Shown: positions 32,737-41,798, counted from the stretch's first letter. The stretch: DNA of 64,000 nt from Parcubacteria group bacterium (GCA_028286605.1 JAQBRE010000003.1:17275-81274), one strand, 5' to 3'. Translations and numbers: made by a program. The notes: generated by a model from the sequence alone, not told the origin.

Positions 32737-32754
32737 GGTTCCTGGTCTGCCAGC
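32737..32754 (+). repeat. copy f (degenerate/partial) of conserved intergenic motif: GGTTCC-TGGTCTGCCAGC
   Basis: Shares 5' GGTTCC and 3' CTGCCAGC plus identical 3' flank with copy d (TAACT-TTATATAAAAGAAAA). Confidence 0.5.
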
Positions 32755-32823
32755 TAACTTTATATAAAAGAAAACGCCCGCCTCAGAGAAGCTGGTGAGC
32801 GTTCTCCGAAGCGGACGTGTTTG

Positions 32824-33225
32824 TCAGGCCGGTTCTTGTAAGTGAACCGCGATGAGGCCCAGTTCATGATTGTCTTCGCCAGCATCTTCGAAGTCGAAGT
32901 CGCCGAGCACAGTGGCCATGACCTCTTGGATTCGAGCTGCGATTGTAGGGAACTGATTTTGATCCCCAAACACGACGATAAACGTAGGGCCCACCCAGAC
33001 ACGTTCAATACCTATCGTGTCATCGAGCCCTTTGTACAACTGAGGGATTTTCTCACCCTGTAGACGGAGATGCCTCAAGTAGCCGCGAAGGAACTTGCCG
33101 TCCCTGAATGAAGCAGTGACAACTTCCCAGACCATCGGAATTTTGTAGATAGGGTCAATGATCTGAAATACGAGGCGGATACCTCCTGTTCCTCGCGCCG
33201 TGCCGAATAGAACAAATGGCTTCAT
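32824..33225 (-). CDS. hypothetical small acidic protein (133 aa) flanked by motif copies f and e
   Basis: AAGGAGG SD 8 nt upstream of ATG 33225; C-terminal DFDFEDAGEDNHELGLIAVHL resembles C-terminus of 21730-22050. Confidence 0.55.
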   Translation of the reverse strand: MKPFVLFGTARGTGGIRLVFQIIDPIYKIPMVWEVVTASFRDGKFLRGYLRHLRLQGEKIPQLYKGLDDTIGIERVWVGPTFIVVFGDQNQFPTIAARIQEVMATVLGDFDFEDAGEDNHELGLIAVHLQEPA

Positions 33226-33271
33226 GATTGAGTCCTCCTTTCTCTGGACAGAACCCTAACACAGTTGCATA

Positions 33272-33303
33272 AAGGTTCCAACATCGTCTCCCAGACTGCC
33301 AGC
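33272..33303 (+). repeat. copy e of conserved intergenic motif (AAGGTTCCAACATCGTCTCCCAGACTGCCAGC)
   Basis: 2-nt insertion (TC) relative to consensus. Confidence 0.8.
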
Positions 33304-33322
33304 TGTTTGCTAGAATGAAGGT

Positions 33323-33856
33323 ATGAAAATCATTAGAATTATTCTGCTCATCCTGATTATTATCGGACTCGGCCTCCTTGCTACTCAAAGATATTGGGTA
33401 TCTCCTTTGGTGAACAAGATACTGTCGTATGAAAAAATGCCTGTTGTCGTATCACCTACGCCTGCGCCAACTCACCTACCTGCGCCAACCGGTACCGCAA
33501 CGGTTCCTGTATCGCACCCTCCCACACCTCCTGTAAATCAGGCCTCGAGCAGCGTGGCGATTACTGCAACAATTGGTCCGACATGTCCTGTCATGAAAGA
33601 TCCGCCAGACCCTGCATGTGCGGATAAGCCATATGAAACGACACTGGTACTTGCGAGTACCATAATCGGAAGGAATGGGGGAGTGCTGGTGAAAACGGAT
33701 GCGCAGGGTTATTTCTCTGAAAGCATCAGTCCAGGTATCTATACCATTCGCGCTCAATCAGATGCAGCGCTCCCGCGACTCACTCCTGTTACTTTTACCG
33801 TTGAGCCGAACAAGCAAACCAGCGTGCATCTTCAGTTCGATAGTGGCATACGGTAA
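33323..33856 (+). CDS. secreted/membrane-anchored protein with Pro-rich linker and carboxypeptidase-regulatory-like beta-sandwich domain
   Basis: Signal anchor MKIIRIILLILIIIGLGLLA; PTPAPTHLPAPTGT linker; TDAQGYFSESISPGIYTIRA resembles CarboxypepD_reg motif. Extended -10 TGCTAGAAT at 33304-33312. Confidence 0.5.
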   Translation: MKIIRIILLILIIIGLGLLATQRYWVSPLVNKILSYEKMPVVVSPTPAPTHLPAPTGTATVPVSHPPTPPVNQASSSVAITATIGPTCPVMKDPPDPACADKPYETTLVLASTIIGRNGGVLVKTDAQGYFSESISPGIYTIRAQSDAALPRLTPVTFTVEPNKQTSVHLQFDSGIR

Positions 33857-33863
33857 ATGAAAA

Positions 33864-33900
33864 GGCCCCGGGAATTCCGCTTTGCGGAATTCCCGGGGCC
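33864..33900. terminator. 17-bp perfect hairpin ggccccgggaattccgc-tttg-cggaattcccggggcc (bidirectional, convergent genes)
   Basis: A-run upstream gives a T-run for the minus-strand HK/RR operon. Confidence 0.7.
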
Positions 33901-34029
33901 GATCATGCGCTTTGGCGCTCTATCTCGATATTCATGACCGTTGGGTAGTTAGCAGCTACTATCAGGCAGACGTCATCAATCGTTTCGTTCCCGCGCAGTA
34001 TGCGCGTGTGTACATGAAGCCCAGATGAA

Positions 34030-35172
34030 TTAGCTTAGGTTGAGCGTTATTTCATGCACTTCGTCTGCATCAACGTCTGGAATGGGATGCGTTACTGCCT
34101 CTTCCGCCCGTGGAAAGGAAAGCTCGATAGTAGTGCCTTTACCCACTGCGCTGCGTACGGTTATGGTGCCGCGATGCAGACGAACGATTTCGTTCACGAT
34201 GGCAAGCCCGAGGCCTGACGTGCCTGAACCGACACCGCGCACACGAGAACTTTCAGCACGGTAGAACGGTTCGAATACGTGGTAGAGATCCTTCTGTGCA
34301 ATGCCGATGCCAGTATCAATGACAGAGAGAAGTACGCGGCCACGATAATCAATATCCAGTTTCACTACCACCGAGCCGTTCTTATTCTGCGGCGTGTAGT
34401 TGAGGGCATTCTTCACGAGATTCGTGATGACTTGATCCAGTGCCACGGCATTTCCCATGATTCGATATTCAGTACCAGGTGTCTGTGCCGAAAGCGTTAT
34501 ACCTCGAGTTTTCGCGAGTGTCTCATGCCGCCCGATGACCGTCCGTACTATAGGGACCAGATCCAGCGGTTCCGACTTCACCTTGCCCGGGTGAATAAGA
34601 TTGTCGAAGGAAAGCAGATTGTTGATCGTTTCCGATATGCGATCCAGCTCAACGATAGTTTCGTTAAGTGTGGTGCGCATTTCATCGTCTACCTCTGGAT
34701 CCATGAGCGCCACTTCCGTACTGGTCTTGATAATGGCGAGCGGCGTGCGTATCTCATGCGCGACATTCCCGATGAACCGTTTCTGGAATTGCAGGGAATT
34801 GCGCGTAGGGCGAAGCGCGAAGCGTGCTGCAAGGAAACCGAATATCGTTGTCAGGAAGAGTAGGCACCAGAAGACGTACCAAATTGTCTTCGACCGCACA
34901 TCCGCGATGCTTTCCGGCAGCGTCTGCATCTGGGTCGTGCTACCGTTCTGCACTGCCGTAATATGCTGACTAATCGAGCCGACCGTACGCGTTTGGGAAT
35001 ACTGGATGCCCCAGCCGAATATGGCGACCGTAAGGATCGTCAGGATTACCTGCAGCAGGATGATGTGTACCGTCGTCTGTACGTACGGATTGTGACGATA
35101 CTTATCCGTTAAGTCGGTAACCAATGCCTCGAATCGTTTCGAAGAGGGGGTCGGCATTTGCATAGTCATCAA
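34030..35172 (-). CDS. sensor histidine kinase (HisKA + HATPase_c)
   Basis: H-box VAHEIRTPLAII, N/G1/G2 boxes (LVKNALNYT, DTGIGI, GSGLGLAIV); two TM helices. Confidence 0.85.
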   Translation of the reverse strand: MMTMQMPTPSSKRFEALVTDLTDKYRHNPYVQTTVHIILLQVILTILTVAIFGWGIQYSQTRTVGSISQHITAVQNGSTTQMQTLPESIADVRSKTIWYVFWCLLFLTTIFGFLAARFALRPTRNSLQFQKRFIGNVAHEIRTPLAIIKTSTEVALMDPEVDDEMRTTLNETIVELDRISETINNLLSFDNLIHPGKVKSEPLDLVPIVRTVIGRHETLAKTRGITLSAQTPGTEYRIMGNAVALDQVITNLVKNALNYTPQNKNGSVVVKLDIDYRGRVLLSVIDTGIGIAQKDLYHVFEPFYRAESSRVRGVGSGTSGLGLAIVNEIVRLHRGTITVRSAVGKGTTIELSFPRAEEAVTHPIPDVDADEVHEITLNLS

Positions 35173-35779
35173 GTTTTTTACGGAGGTTCTTCATATGCAC
35201 GTCGAGTACATTGCTGAATGCAGGGAAGTCGAAACTCCACACATGATCGAGAACCTGTTCACGCTTCAGTGCCTCATTCGGATGACGCATGAAGAATTCG
35301 AGCAGGGAGAACTCCTTCAATGTGAGAGAAATATCCTTGCCATCTTTCTTAACCGTATGCTTGCTTGGGTCGAGCTCTATGTCCCGCACCGTGAGCGTGG
35401 TCGGCAGCGTTTCTGATGGACGGCGTAGCACCGCATTCATGCGTGCGACGACTTCATCGAAGGAGAATGGTTTCGCGATGTAGTCGTCTGCACCAAGGTT
35501 AAGGAGGTCGATCTTGTATTCAGTCTCGTCCCGCGCCGTGAGGATGATGATCGGCGTTGTAACGCCTTCTGCGCGCACATCTCTGCAGATAGTCGCACCA
35601 TCGATACCCGGAAGCATGAGGTCGAGCAGGATCAGATCGTACTCGTCGCGATAGAGCATGATGCGCGTGCGAGCCTTCTCACTATCAGAAAGCCAGTCCA
35701 CGGTGAACCCTTTCAGTTCCAGACCTTTCTTAAGTGCCTCGGCTAGCTTCGCTTCGTCTTCAACAATAAGGATTCGCAT
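35102..35779 (-). CDS. OmpR/PhoB-family response regulator
   Basis: REC domain MRILIVEDE...DLILLDLMLPGIDG and winged-helix trans_reg_C C-terminus; start at ATG 35779. Confidence 0.85.
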   Translation of the reverse strand: MRILIVEDEAKLAEALKKGLELKGFTVDWLSDSEKARTRIMLYRDEYDLILLDLMLPGIDGATICRDVRAEGVTTPIIILTARDETEYKIDLLNLGADDYIAKPFSFDEVVARMNAVLRRPSETLPTTLTVRDIELDPSKHTVKKDGKDISLTLKEFSLLEFFMRHPNEALKREQVLDHVWSFDFPAFSNVLDVHMKNLRKKLDDYANADPLFETIRGIGYRLNG

Positions 35780-35895
35780 ACGTTCGGGGTTAGTGAATAC
35801 TGGATAACATTCACGAAGTATCCACATTAACGCATGAAGGCTTCATGAAGGATACTTCATGAAAGGTACGCCTTACGAATTCTTACGTCAAAACC

Positions 35896-36108
35896 TTAGT
35901 CTGCGGATCGAATGAACTTTTCCATCCATAGTGCCTCTACACGTTCTTCTACTCTTATGAACCGTTCGTATAGGCTCTCTACTTTACGCTCTAGCATATC
36001 TAATCTTTCAGCGACGGTATCCAAGATTTGCAGCTTTCTTCCGAAGTAGACAACTGCTGCAAATATTGCAGGAATACCGATATAAAGAATGAGATTCAAG
36101 GCTGTCAT
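35896..36108 (-). CDS. small membrane-anchored coiled-coil protein (paralog of 11489-11758)
   Basis: TM helix + LYERFIRVEERVEALWMEKF. Confidence 0.5.
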   Translation of the reverse strand: MTALNLILYIGIPAIFAAVVYFGRKLQILDTVAERLDMLERKVESLYERFIRVEERVEALWMEKFIRSAD

Positions 36109-36126
36109 AGAAGGAATTATACAACC

Positions 36127-36642
36127 TTACCGCGTAAGGCAGAATTCGCTTGATTCAGTAATGGCTGATTCAGCTGCGCCAGGTGCACAGACGGTGATGC
36201 GACCTGTCGAAGCGCTCTCTGTGATGGTGTATTTCGACGTGTATTCTTCGTCGCTTGAAGCACAGGCAGCTGAAGTACAGGTATTCGTTCCGTCTTTCGG
36301 GTCAGTGGGCATTTCTGAAATGAAGTTTGGAACGAGACATGGTCGCAAGTCGTACGCATTTCCACCTCCATTACCTATAAATTCAGTTTCATTCGGCAAT
36401 GGGTTTAGACAGGTACCGACCTGATTATTAAAGATGCCTTTATTCTCTGCAAGGCGTTCTCCAATAGCGTTCAGGATCGCATTCACATCGCTTTCTCGTT
36501 GCGCATTGCGCGCCTCGGCAAATTGACGCAAAGGATTGATAGCAAGAAGCACGATGCTTGCCAGTACGGCAATCATGCCGATGACGACCAATATTTCGAT
36601 GAGGGTGAATCCTTGAGCAGGAATTTTTCTTCGCGTGTGCAT
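36127..36642 (-). CDS. type IV pilin (prepilin-type N-terminal cleavage/methylation domain)
   Basis: N-terminal GFTLIEILVVIGMIAVLASIV class III signal; C-terminal Cys pair. Confidence 0.8.
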   Translation of the reverse strand: MHTRRKIPAQGFTLIEILVVIGMIAVLASIVLLAINPLRQFAEARNAQRESDVNAILNAIGERLAENKGIFNNQVGTCLNPLPNETEFIGNGGGNAYDLRPCLVPNFISEMPTDPKDGTNTCTSAACASSDEEYTSKYTITESASTGRITVCAPGAAESAITESSEFCLTR

Positions 36643-36740
36643 AGGTATACGTGTTATGGGTATACCTTTAGTTTGAAAGAATACGTATCCGTTTCATATG
36701 AATATACGGGTACTAACCGCTTTGCCGCTCGAGGTTTTCT

Positions 36741-37163
36741 TTATATTGCGTTCACTTCCTTCCAAGATGTGATTGTGGGAACCCCAAAAACACCCGGCAT
36801 GTTTATGTGGCCCTCAATGCGCACCGAAGCAGTACGTGCAGAGGCGGTTGTGATGACCGTCGCGTCTAAGGCTATTATTGTGATACTTACGATATGACAA
36901 ACATGCGTGGGGTCTGTAAACACATCGATACCTGTGCTTGGTATGTGATAGGTGGTTGGATCAATAGTGAGTGAATATGCAGTGGCATACAAGCAGGACA
37001 GAGCTTGATACCGTGCCTGCAGGTGTGCTCCGTAATCTGATGTATCAAAGCGAGCAAGCAGTGCCGTCGTTCCGGCATTTAGCGTATATAAGGCAAGAAG
37101 AAACGCTATGATGAGTGCCGATGCAAGGGCGATATATCCGTTCTTTCTTTGGAGCGCTCTCAT
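36741..37163 (-). CDS. pilus-associated membrane protein (pseudopilin-like, non-canonical N-terminus)
   Basis: N-terminal hydrophobic helix IALASALIIAFLLAL; located between pilin genes with 4-bp overlap. Confidence 0.4.
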   Translation of the reverse strand: MRALQRKNGYIALASALIIAFLLALYTLNAGTTALLARFDTSDYGAHLQARYQALSCLYATAYSLTIDPTTYHIPSTGIDVFTDPTHVCHIVSITIIALDATVITTASARTASVRIEGHINMPGVFGVPTITSWKEVNAI

Positions 37164-37576
37164 GGTAAATCTATATACGTACGTCCAGTAAAGGTGCGCA
37201 TGAGCACCTTTCCGTCATCCGTGTGCGCAGTCAGAGTGAAGGAACTGTCGACGAACGCCGGTTCTCCCCCAGTCTTGCTCGTCTGTATGAATTTCAAATC
37301 ATGCACCTGCACCTGGTTTCCGCTAACTGCTTGTCCTGTTGGAAATCCTTGCAGAAGCGTTGAGCTAGACAGATGGAAAGAAGAAGCGGCTCCGCCGCTT
37401 CCGATTGTGTAGTCGATCGTCTCGAGAAGGAACGTGCCTTCTTCTAAGAGAAGTGACTGCGTTTCAGTGCGCGCCGCAGCGGCGCGCATGCCCCCAAGAG
37501 CAGGAAGTACACCACTCATAAGTAATCCGAAGAGGCCCAGATATACTATCGTTTCGATAAGAGTGAAAGCACGCAT
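37160..37576 (-). CDS. minor pilin / pseudopilin (prepilin-type N-terminal domain)
   Basis: AFTLIETIVYLGLFGLLM N-terminus. Confidence 0.7.
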   Translation of the reverse strand: MRAFTLIETIVYLGLFGLLMSGVLPALGGMRAAAARTETQSLLLEEGTFLLETIDYTIGSGGAASSFHLSSSTLLQGFPTGQAVSGNQVQVHDLKFIQTSKTGGEPAFVDSSFTLTAHTDDGKVLMRTFTGRTYIDLP

Positions 37577-37577
37577 A

Positions 37578-39083
37578 TCACGAGCTCGTTACTACGGTAA
37601 GATATCCCGTCCCGTCTGAACCGACCGAACCGACATACAAAACATTTTGTCTGCAGGTCATTGCTGTCGCGGTTCCTTGTGGAATAGCTATGTGGGAATA
37701 CAGAACAGGGTTCGCAGAATCCTGAATATTCCAAAGCTGTAGCTCATCGTTCGTCAGCACAAATGCAAGGAAGCCTCGAATTAAAATACTTTGCACTCCG
37801 CGATGGTTCAGGTTGTTTCCAATGTCGACTCCGCCTACACGGGTAAGAGAAGCATCCTGCGTAAGGATTGAGAATTCTTCAGAAGCGCCATTCGCGTAGG
37901 AGCGACCACTGAACAGATACGAGCCTGCTCGCACTAGTACGCGCACGAATCCTGCACCTGAAAAACTATGAGATCCAATTTCAACAGGATGAGCAGGATC
38001 ATGCACGTCTTCGGCGATAATGGCTTTTCCAGAGCCGCTATTATCATCAGTCCCTACATATATTGTGGTGCGTGCTGCGACAACTGCATTCACACCGCGT
38101 CCGATAGCGACTCCTCCTATACGAGTAGGGACGTATTGATTGCTCATATCTACGATCTGCAGTTCCTGGCCGCCACCTGTTTTCGAAAGACCTACATATG
38201 CGGTGTTCGCACGATAGGCAACAGCATCTCCTGGGGAAGTTGCGCCGCTTGCCGTAAGAGCTAGTGCAGGGCTCGTGGTAGGAATTTGAAAATTTGCAGA
38301 GGGATCCGGCGTTGTTCCTGGCGTAAAGTATGTCTGCAGTTGTCTACAATTTACTGTGCTGTAGGCGCAGTTAGGCATGTCCGTACTTGAGAATCCATTT
38401 GCTGCGTACATATGATCATCTCCCGCGGCAAGTGCCGTAAGACCTATTTTTGACGGACTTGCGTTGTCGAAAGAATTTATATAGGCGGGCTGTTGTGCTT
38501 GGTCTGTTATACGAAAGAAAAACAAGGTCGGGTCACTCGCCTGCGTAGTGCTTGCGACCCCAACGGCAAGGACATTTCCCTGGACTGCAAGAGATGATAT
38601 GGGGTAATGGCCAGCCGGAATAGTTCCGGGAAGAAGGAAACCAGGCATCAGCTCGTACGAACCCAGGATGTGCGGATGCGTCCAGTCTCCTAAGATGAAC
38701 GGTTGGCAGGGGTGACTACTGACATTCTTATAATTAGCGACGAGCGTGCTGTATGTGGCTGACTGCGGAACACCTTCAAGACTTGTCCATGTCGCCGTGC
38801 TGGTTAGTAGAACAGCACTGTCATCAAACGGTCTCAAGATTAGAGAGGTGCTGATACCATTTGCAGTCGTAGTTGCTATGGCAGTCAGTCCAGTAAAATC
38901 AGTACGAGCCAGCAGTAACGAATGCTCAAGGAGTGCTTGCGCCTTGCGATTTGCTTCAGCTTCTGTAAATGCATTCTGAAGTACGATGGGCATACGGTAT
39001 GCGACCAGCCCCGCTGCCACTATTGCCGTTGTCAGAATAACGAAGGCAAGCATGAGTTCGATTATCGAGAAACCTTTTTTCAT
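37578..39083 (-). CDS. large pilin-like protein (501 aa) with prepilin-type N-terminus
   Basis: GFSIIELMLAFVILTTAIVAAGL N-terminus followed by about 460-aa presumably beta-rich domain (possible tip/adhesin subunit). Confidence 0.6.
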   Translation of the reverse strand: MKKGFSIIELMLAFVILTTAIVAAGLVAYRMPIVLQNAFTEAEANRKAQALLEHSLLLARTDFTGLTAIATTTANGISTSLILRPFDDSAVLLTSTATWTSLEGVPQSATYSTLVANYKNVSSHPCQPFILGDWTHPHILGSYELMPGFLLPGTIPAGHYPISSLAVQGNVLAVGVASTTQASDPTLFFFRITDQAQQPAYINSFDNASPSKIGLTALAAGDDHMYAANGFSSTDMPNCAYSTVNCRQLQTYFTPGTTPDPSANFQIPTTSPALALTASGATSPGDAVAYRANTAYVGLSKTGGGQELQIVDMSNQYVPTRIGGVAIGRGVNAVVAARTTIYVGTDDNSGSGKAIIAEDVHDPAHPVEIGSHSFSGAGFVRVLVRAGSYLFSGRSYANGASEEFSILTQDASLTRVGGVDIGNNLNHRGVQSILIRGFLAFVLTNDELQLWNIQDSANPVLYSHIAIPQGTATAMTCRQNVLYVGSVGSDGTGYLTVVTSS

Positions 39084-39493
39084 AGCGTGTGCATAACCGT
39101 AATGGCCTCTTCTGAATTGCTATCAACTTCCCACGCACCCGTGCTTGAGGCTGCACGCCTAAGCCAACCAACGGGGTGTAGGTTTCCCAAGCCAAGAAAT
39201 TGAATGATGCCGGATGCCGTGCCGTCTTTGTTTTCTGCAAGAGGATACGATTGGTCTGATTCACCGGCGGCTCGTATGACAAGTGCGTGAGGTGCATCAG
39301 ACCAATACAGGCTGTGCGGTATTCCGTGCATCGCTTCGGCACGCGCATGGCGGGCGATAGCCGCCATGCGCGTGCCGTCGGACTGCGCAAGCGCAGCTTC
39401 AAATTGCTGTATGCCTGGCCCGATCGTTACGCTTGCAAGCAGGGCAGCGAGAGAAATACTTATCAATAACTCTACCAAGGTGACTCCGCGCAT
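39080..39493 (-). CDS. pseudopilin (GspH/FimT-like, prepilin-type N-terminus)
   Basis: GVTLVELLISISLAALLASV. Confidence 0.65.
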   Translation of the reverse strand: MRGVTLVELLISISLAALLASVTIGPGIQQFEAALAQSDGTRMAAIARHARAEAMHGIPHSLYWSDAPHALVIRAAGESDQSYPLAENKDGTASGIIQFLGLGNLHPVGWLRRAASSTGAWEVDSNSEEAITVMHTL

Positions 39494-39496
39494 ATA

Positions 39497-40537
39497 TTAC
39501 TGAGCGCTTATTCCCTGAGTCAGACCATAGATCGGCGTGATGATCGCGAGCGCGACGAATCCTACGATGCAGCCCATGATGAGCATTAATACAGGCTCAA
39601 TGAGTGCCTGCAGCGTGCGTGATCGCTCTTCAAGATACTGTTCATATATCTGCGCAACATTTCGCAAACTTTCGGGAAGCGTACCGGTTAATTCACCTGC
39701 CGTAATCAGCTGCACCGCAACAGAGGGGAAGAGCGTTACTCGTTCAGAAAATCCCTCTGCAACTGGTCGTCCTTCGCTTATGCGCGTATACAAATGCGTA
39801 AGCGCTTCTTCGTACTGACTATGCTGGATACTCTTGGCAAGCATATCCAACGCCGTAAGTATGCCTACGCCGCTCTCAAGCAACGTTGAAAGCGTGCGCG
39901 CAATAGAGGCAGCATGATAGTAAAGAATCATAGAACCGAAAACGGGAATACTCAGCAGTATGCGATCGCGCAACTGTCTGAAACGCGAGAAGCGAAGAGC
40001 GTAGACGAACGCACCACTCGAAAGAACGATAAGAACGAGCACCAGCCATCCATAGTTTGATGTGAATTCAGTCAGGCCGATGAGAATACGAGTCGGTAGC
40101 GGTAATGTCTGATGGAATCCTTTAAACAAAGGCAAGATCTTAGGAAAGGCGTACAGCGTTAGGAACGCGGTCAGTGCGACCGTGGCGCATACGATGATAA
40201 GCGGATAGAGCGCAGCACTCATCATGCGCCGTTTGTCATCACGATTTCGTGTACAGAGCAGCGCAATTTGCTCAAGATGATTCGAGAGCGATCCGCTCGT
40301 TTCCCCAACTTGCACTAAGCTCACATGGAGCGGATCGAAGATGCGCGGGAATCGAGCAAGCGCATCAGAAAGACGTTTGCCGCGAAGCACCTCTTCACTA
40401 ATTGCTTTTATTACGCGTACGTACGCAGGGCGCGAAGCGCCCTGCTGTATCAGTTCGAGGGCACTAATAATAGGAATACCAGCACGCAGAAAGAGTGATA
40501 ATCGTCGCACGAAAAGAATTACTTCATCGGTACGCAT
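39497..40537 (-). CDS. pilC: type IV pilus assembly platform protein PilC (GspF family)
   Basis: Two T2SSF repeats; start set at ATG 40537 abutting pilB stop (ORF-track start 40606 overlaps pilB). Confidence 0.8.
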   Translation of the reverse strand: MRTDEVILFVRRLSLFLRAGIPIISALELIQQGASRPAYVRVIKAISEEVLRGKRLSDALARFPRIFDPLHVSLVQVGETSGSLSNHLEQIALLCTRNRDDKRRMMSAALYPLIIVCATVALTAFLTLYAFPKILPLFKGFHQTLPLPTRILIGLTEFTSNYGWLVLVLIVLSSGAFVYALRFSRFRQLRDRILLSIPVFGSMILYYHAASIARTLSTLLESGVGILTALDMLAKSIQHSQYEEALTHLYTRISEGRPVAEGFSERVTLFPSVAVQLITAGELTGTLPESLRNVAQIYEQYLEERSRTLQALIEPVLMLIMGCIVGFVALAIITPIYGLTQGISAQ

Positions 40538-40538
40538 A

Positions 40539-41798
40539 TCAGGTGTGATGAAGACGAATAATTTCTTCAAGCGTCGTGCTGCCATCTGCAACTTTTTGCA
40601 CCGCATCGCTCATCAGGGGTATCATTCCGCGTTCGCGTGCGATTCTGGCTATAGCACGCGCATCAGTAACGTCGTGGAGCGTATCGCGAATCACGTCATC
40701 AATTGGCAGTAGTTCGCATATGCTTATACGTCCTCTATAGCCCGTTCCTCCGCATACAACGCAACCGATACCGCGCAGAATACGCATAGGAAGCGATTCT
40801 ATAACACCTCCGTTTATCAGCGTTTCCAGAACTTCCTTCTCTCCTGCATTCAATATTCTTTCTACGCTACATTTCGTACAGACACGCCGTACGAGGCGTT
40901 GCGCCACGATAAGGGTCACGCTTGAAGCAATGAGATATGATTCGATACCTTGATCACGCAAGCGAATAAGTGCCGTTGTCGCATCAACCGTATGCAAAGT
41001 TGAAAGGACGAGGTGGCCGGTAAGCGCAGCGGTGCAGGCAAGCCGCGCCGTTTCCGCGTCTCGAATTTCACCCACCATGATTACGTCAGGATCCTGACGT
41101 ACGATGCTACGCAAGCCGTGGGCAAACGTAAATCCTGTGCGCGGATTCACTTGTATCTGACTTATGTCGTCTATCGAGTATTCGATCGGATCTTCAATCG
41201 TAACAATCGATTGGTTCTGATGTGCAAGCACGGTAATAAGCGTGTAGAGCGTGGTCGTTTTCCCTGAACCAGTCGGACCGGTAACGAGTACCAATCCGTG
41301 CGCACGGCTTATTGCATATTCAAGCGCAGCACGCTGTTCAGTGCTGAATCCTAATTGTTCGAGCGTTCCGGTGCGAGTATCCAGTGAAAGAAGTCGCAAT
41401 ACGGCATTCTCGCCGTAGTAGGTCGGTGCAAGTGAGATGCGAATATCTACTGAGCGCTCTGAATCAAGTGTGAATCGAAAGCGACCATCATGGGCAGCGT
41501 GGTGTTCATCGGTACGAAGATTCGAAAGAATTTTAAGCCGGGCAATAAGTTCTGCATGTACTGAAAGTGGAATCGCATGTTCTGTGGTAAGTACGCCATC
41601 AACTCGAAACCGAATACAGATGTTCTTACGTCCGGGAAGAATGTGCATATCTGATGCGCCTGCCGCATGCGCATGGAGTATGAGCACGTCGACCAGCGCA
41701 ATTACCGATGAAGCGTGGCCATCTGAAATGCTTTGTATAAGGCGCGCCGCTTCGCGGCGCACGGTAGTCAGCAGGGAATTCGGGTCTTCGTTTTGCAT
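40539..41798 (-). CDS. pilB: type IV pilus assembly ATPase PilB (GspE family, lacks long N1 domain)
   Basis: Walker A GPTGSGKTTTL, Asp box, His box, tetracysteine CTKC...CVVCGGTGYRGR. Confidence 0.85.
   Translation of the reverse strand: MQNEDPNSLLTTVRREAARLIQSISDGHASSVIALVDVLILHAHAAGASDMHILPGRKNICIRFRVDGVLTTEHAIPLSVHAELIARLKILSNLRTDEHHAAHDGRFRFTLDSERSVDIRISLAPTYYGENAVLRLLSLDTRTGTLEQLGFSTEQRAALEYAISRAHGLVLVTGPTGSGKTTTLYTLITVLAHQNQSIVTIEDPIEYSIDDISQIQVNPRTGFTFAHGLRSIVRQDPDVIMVGEIRDAETARLACTAALTGHLVLSTLHTVDATTALIRLRDQGIESYLIASSVTLIVAQRLVRRVCTKCSVERILNAGEKEVLETLINGGVIESLPMRILRGIGCVVCGGTGYRGRISICELLPIDDVIRDTLHDVTDARAIARIARERGMIPLMSDAVQKVADGSTTLEEIIRLHHT

Noticed and set aside
32760-33008. 82-aa minus-strand ORF
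   Set aside because: Overlaps terminator/motif f and the 3' part of gene 32824-33225 in another frame. No RBS.
20897-33303. Integron attC sites bounding cassettes
   Set aside because: The motif is a short non-palindromic direct repeat. attC sites are 57-140 bp imperfect inverted repeats with RYYYAAC/GTTRRRY cores, and no intI gene is seen in the window.
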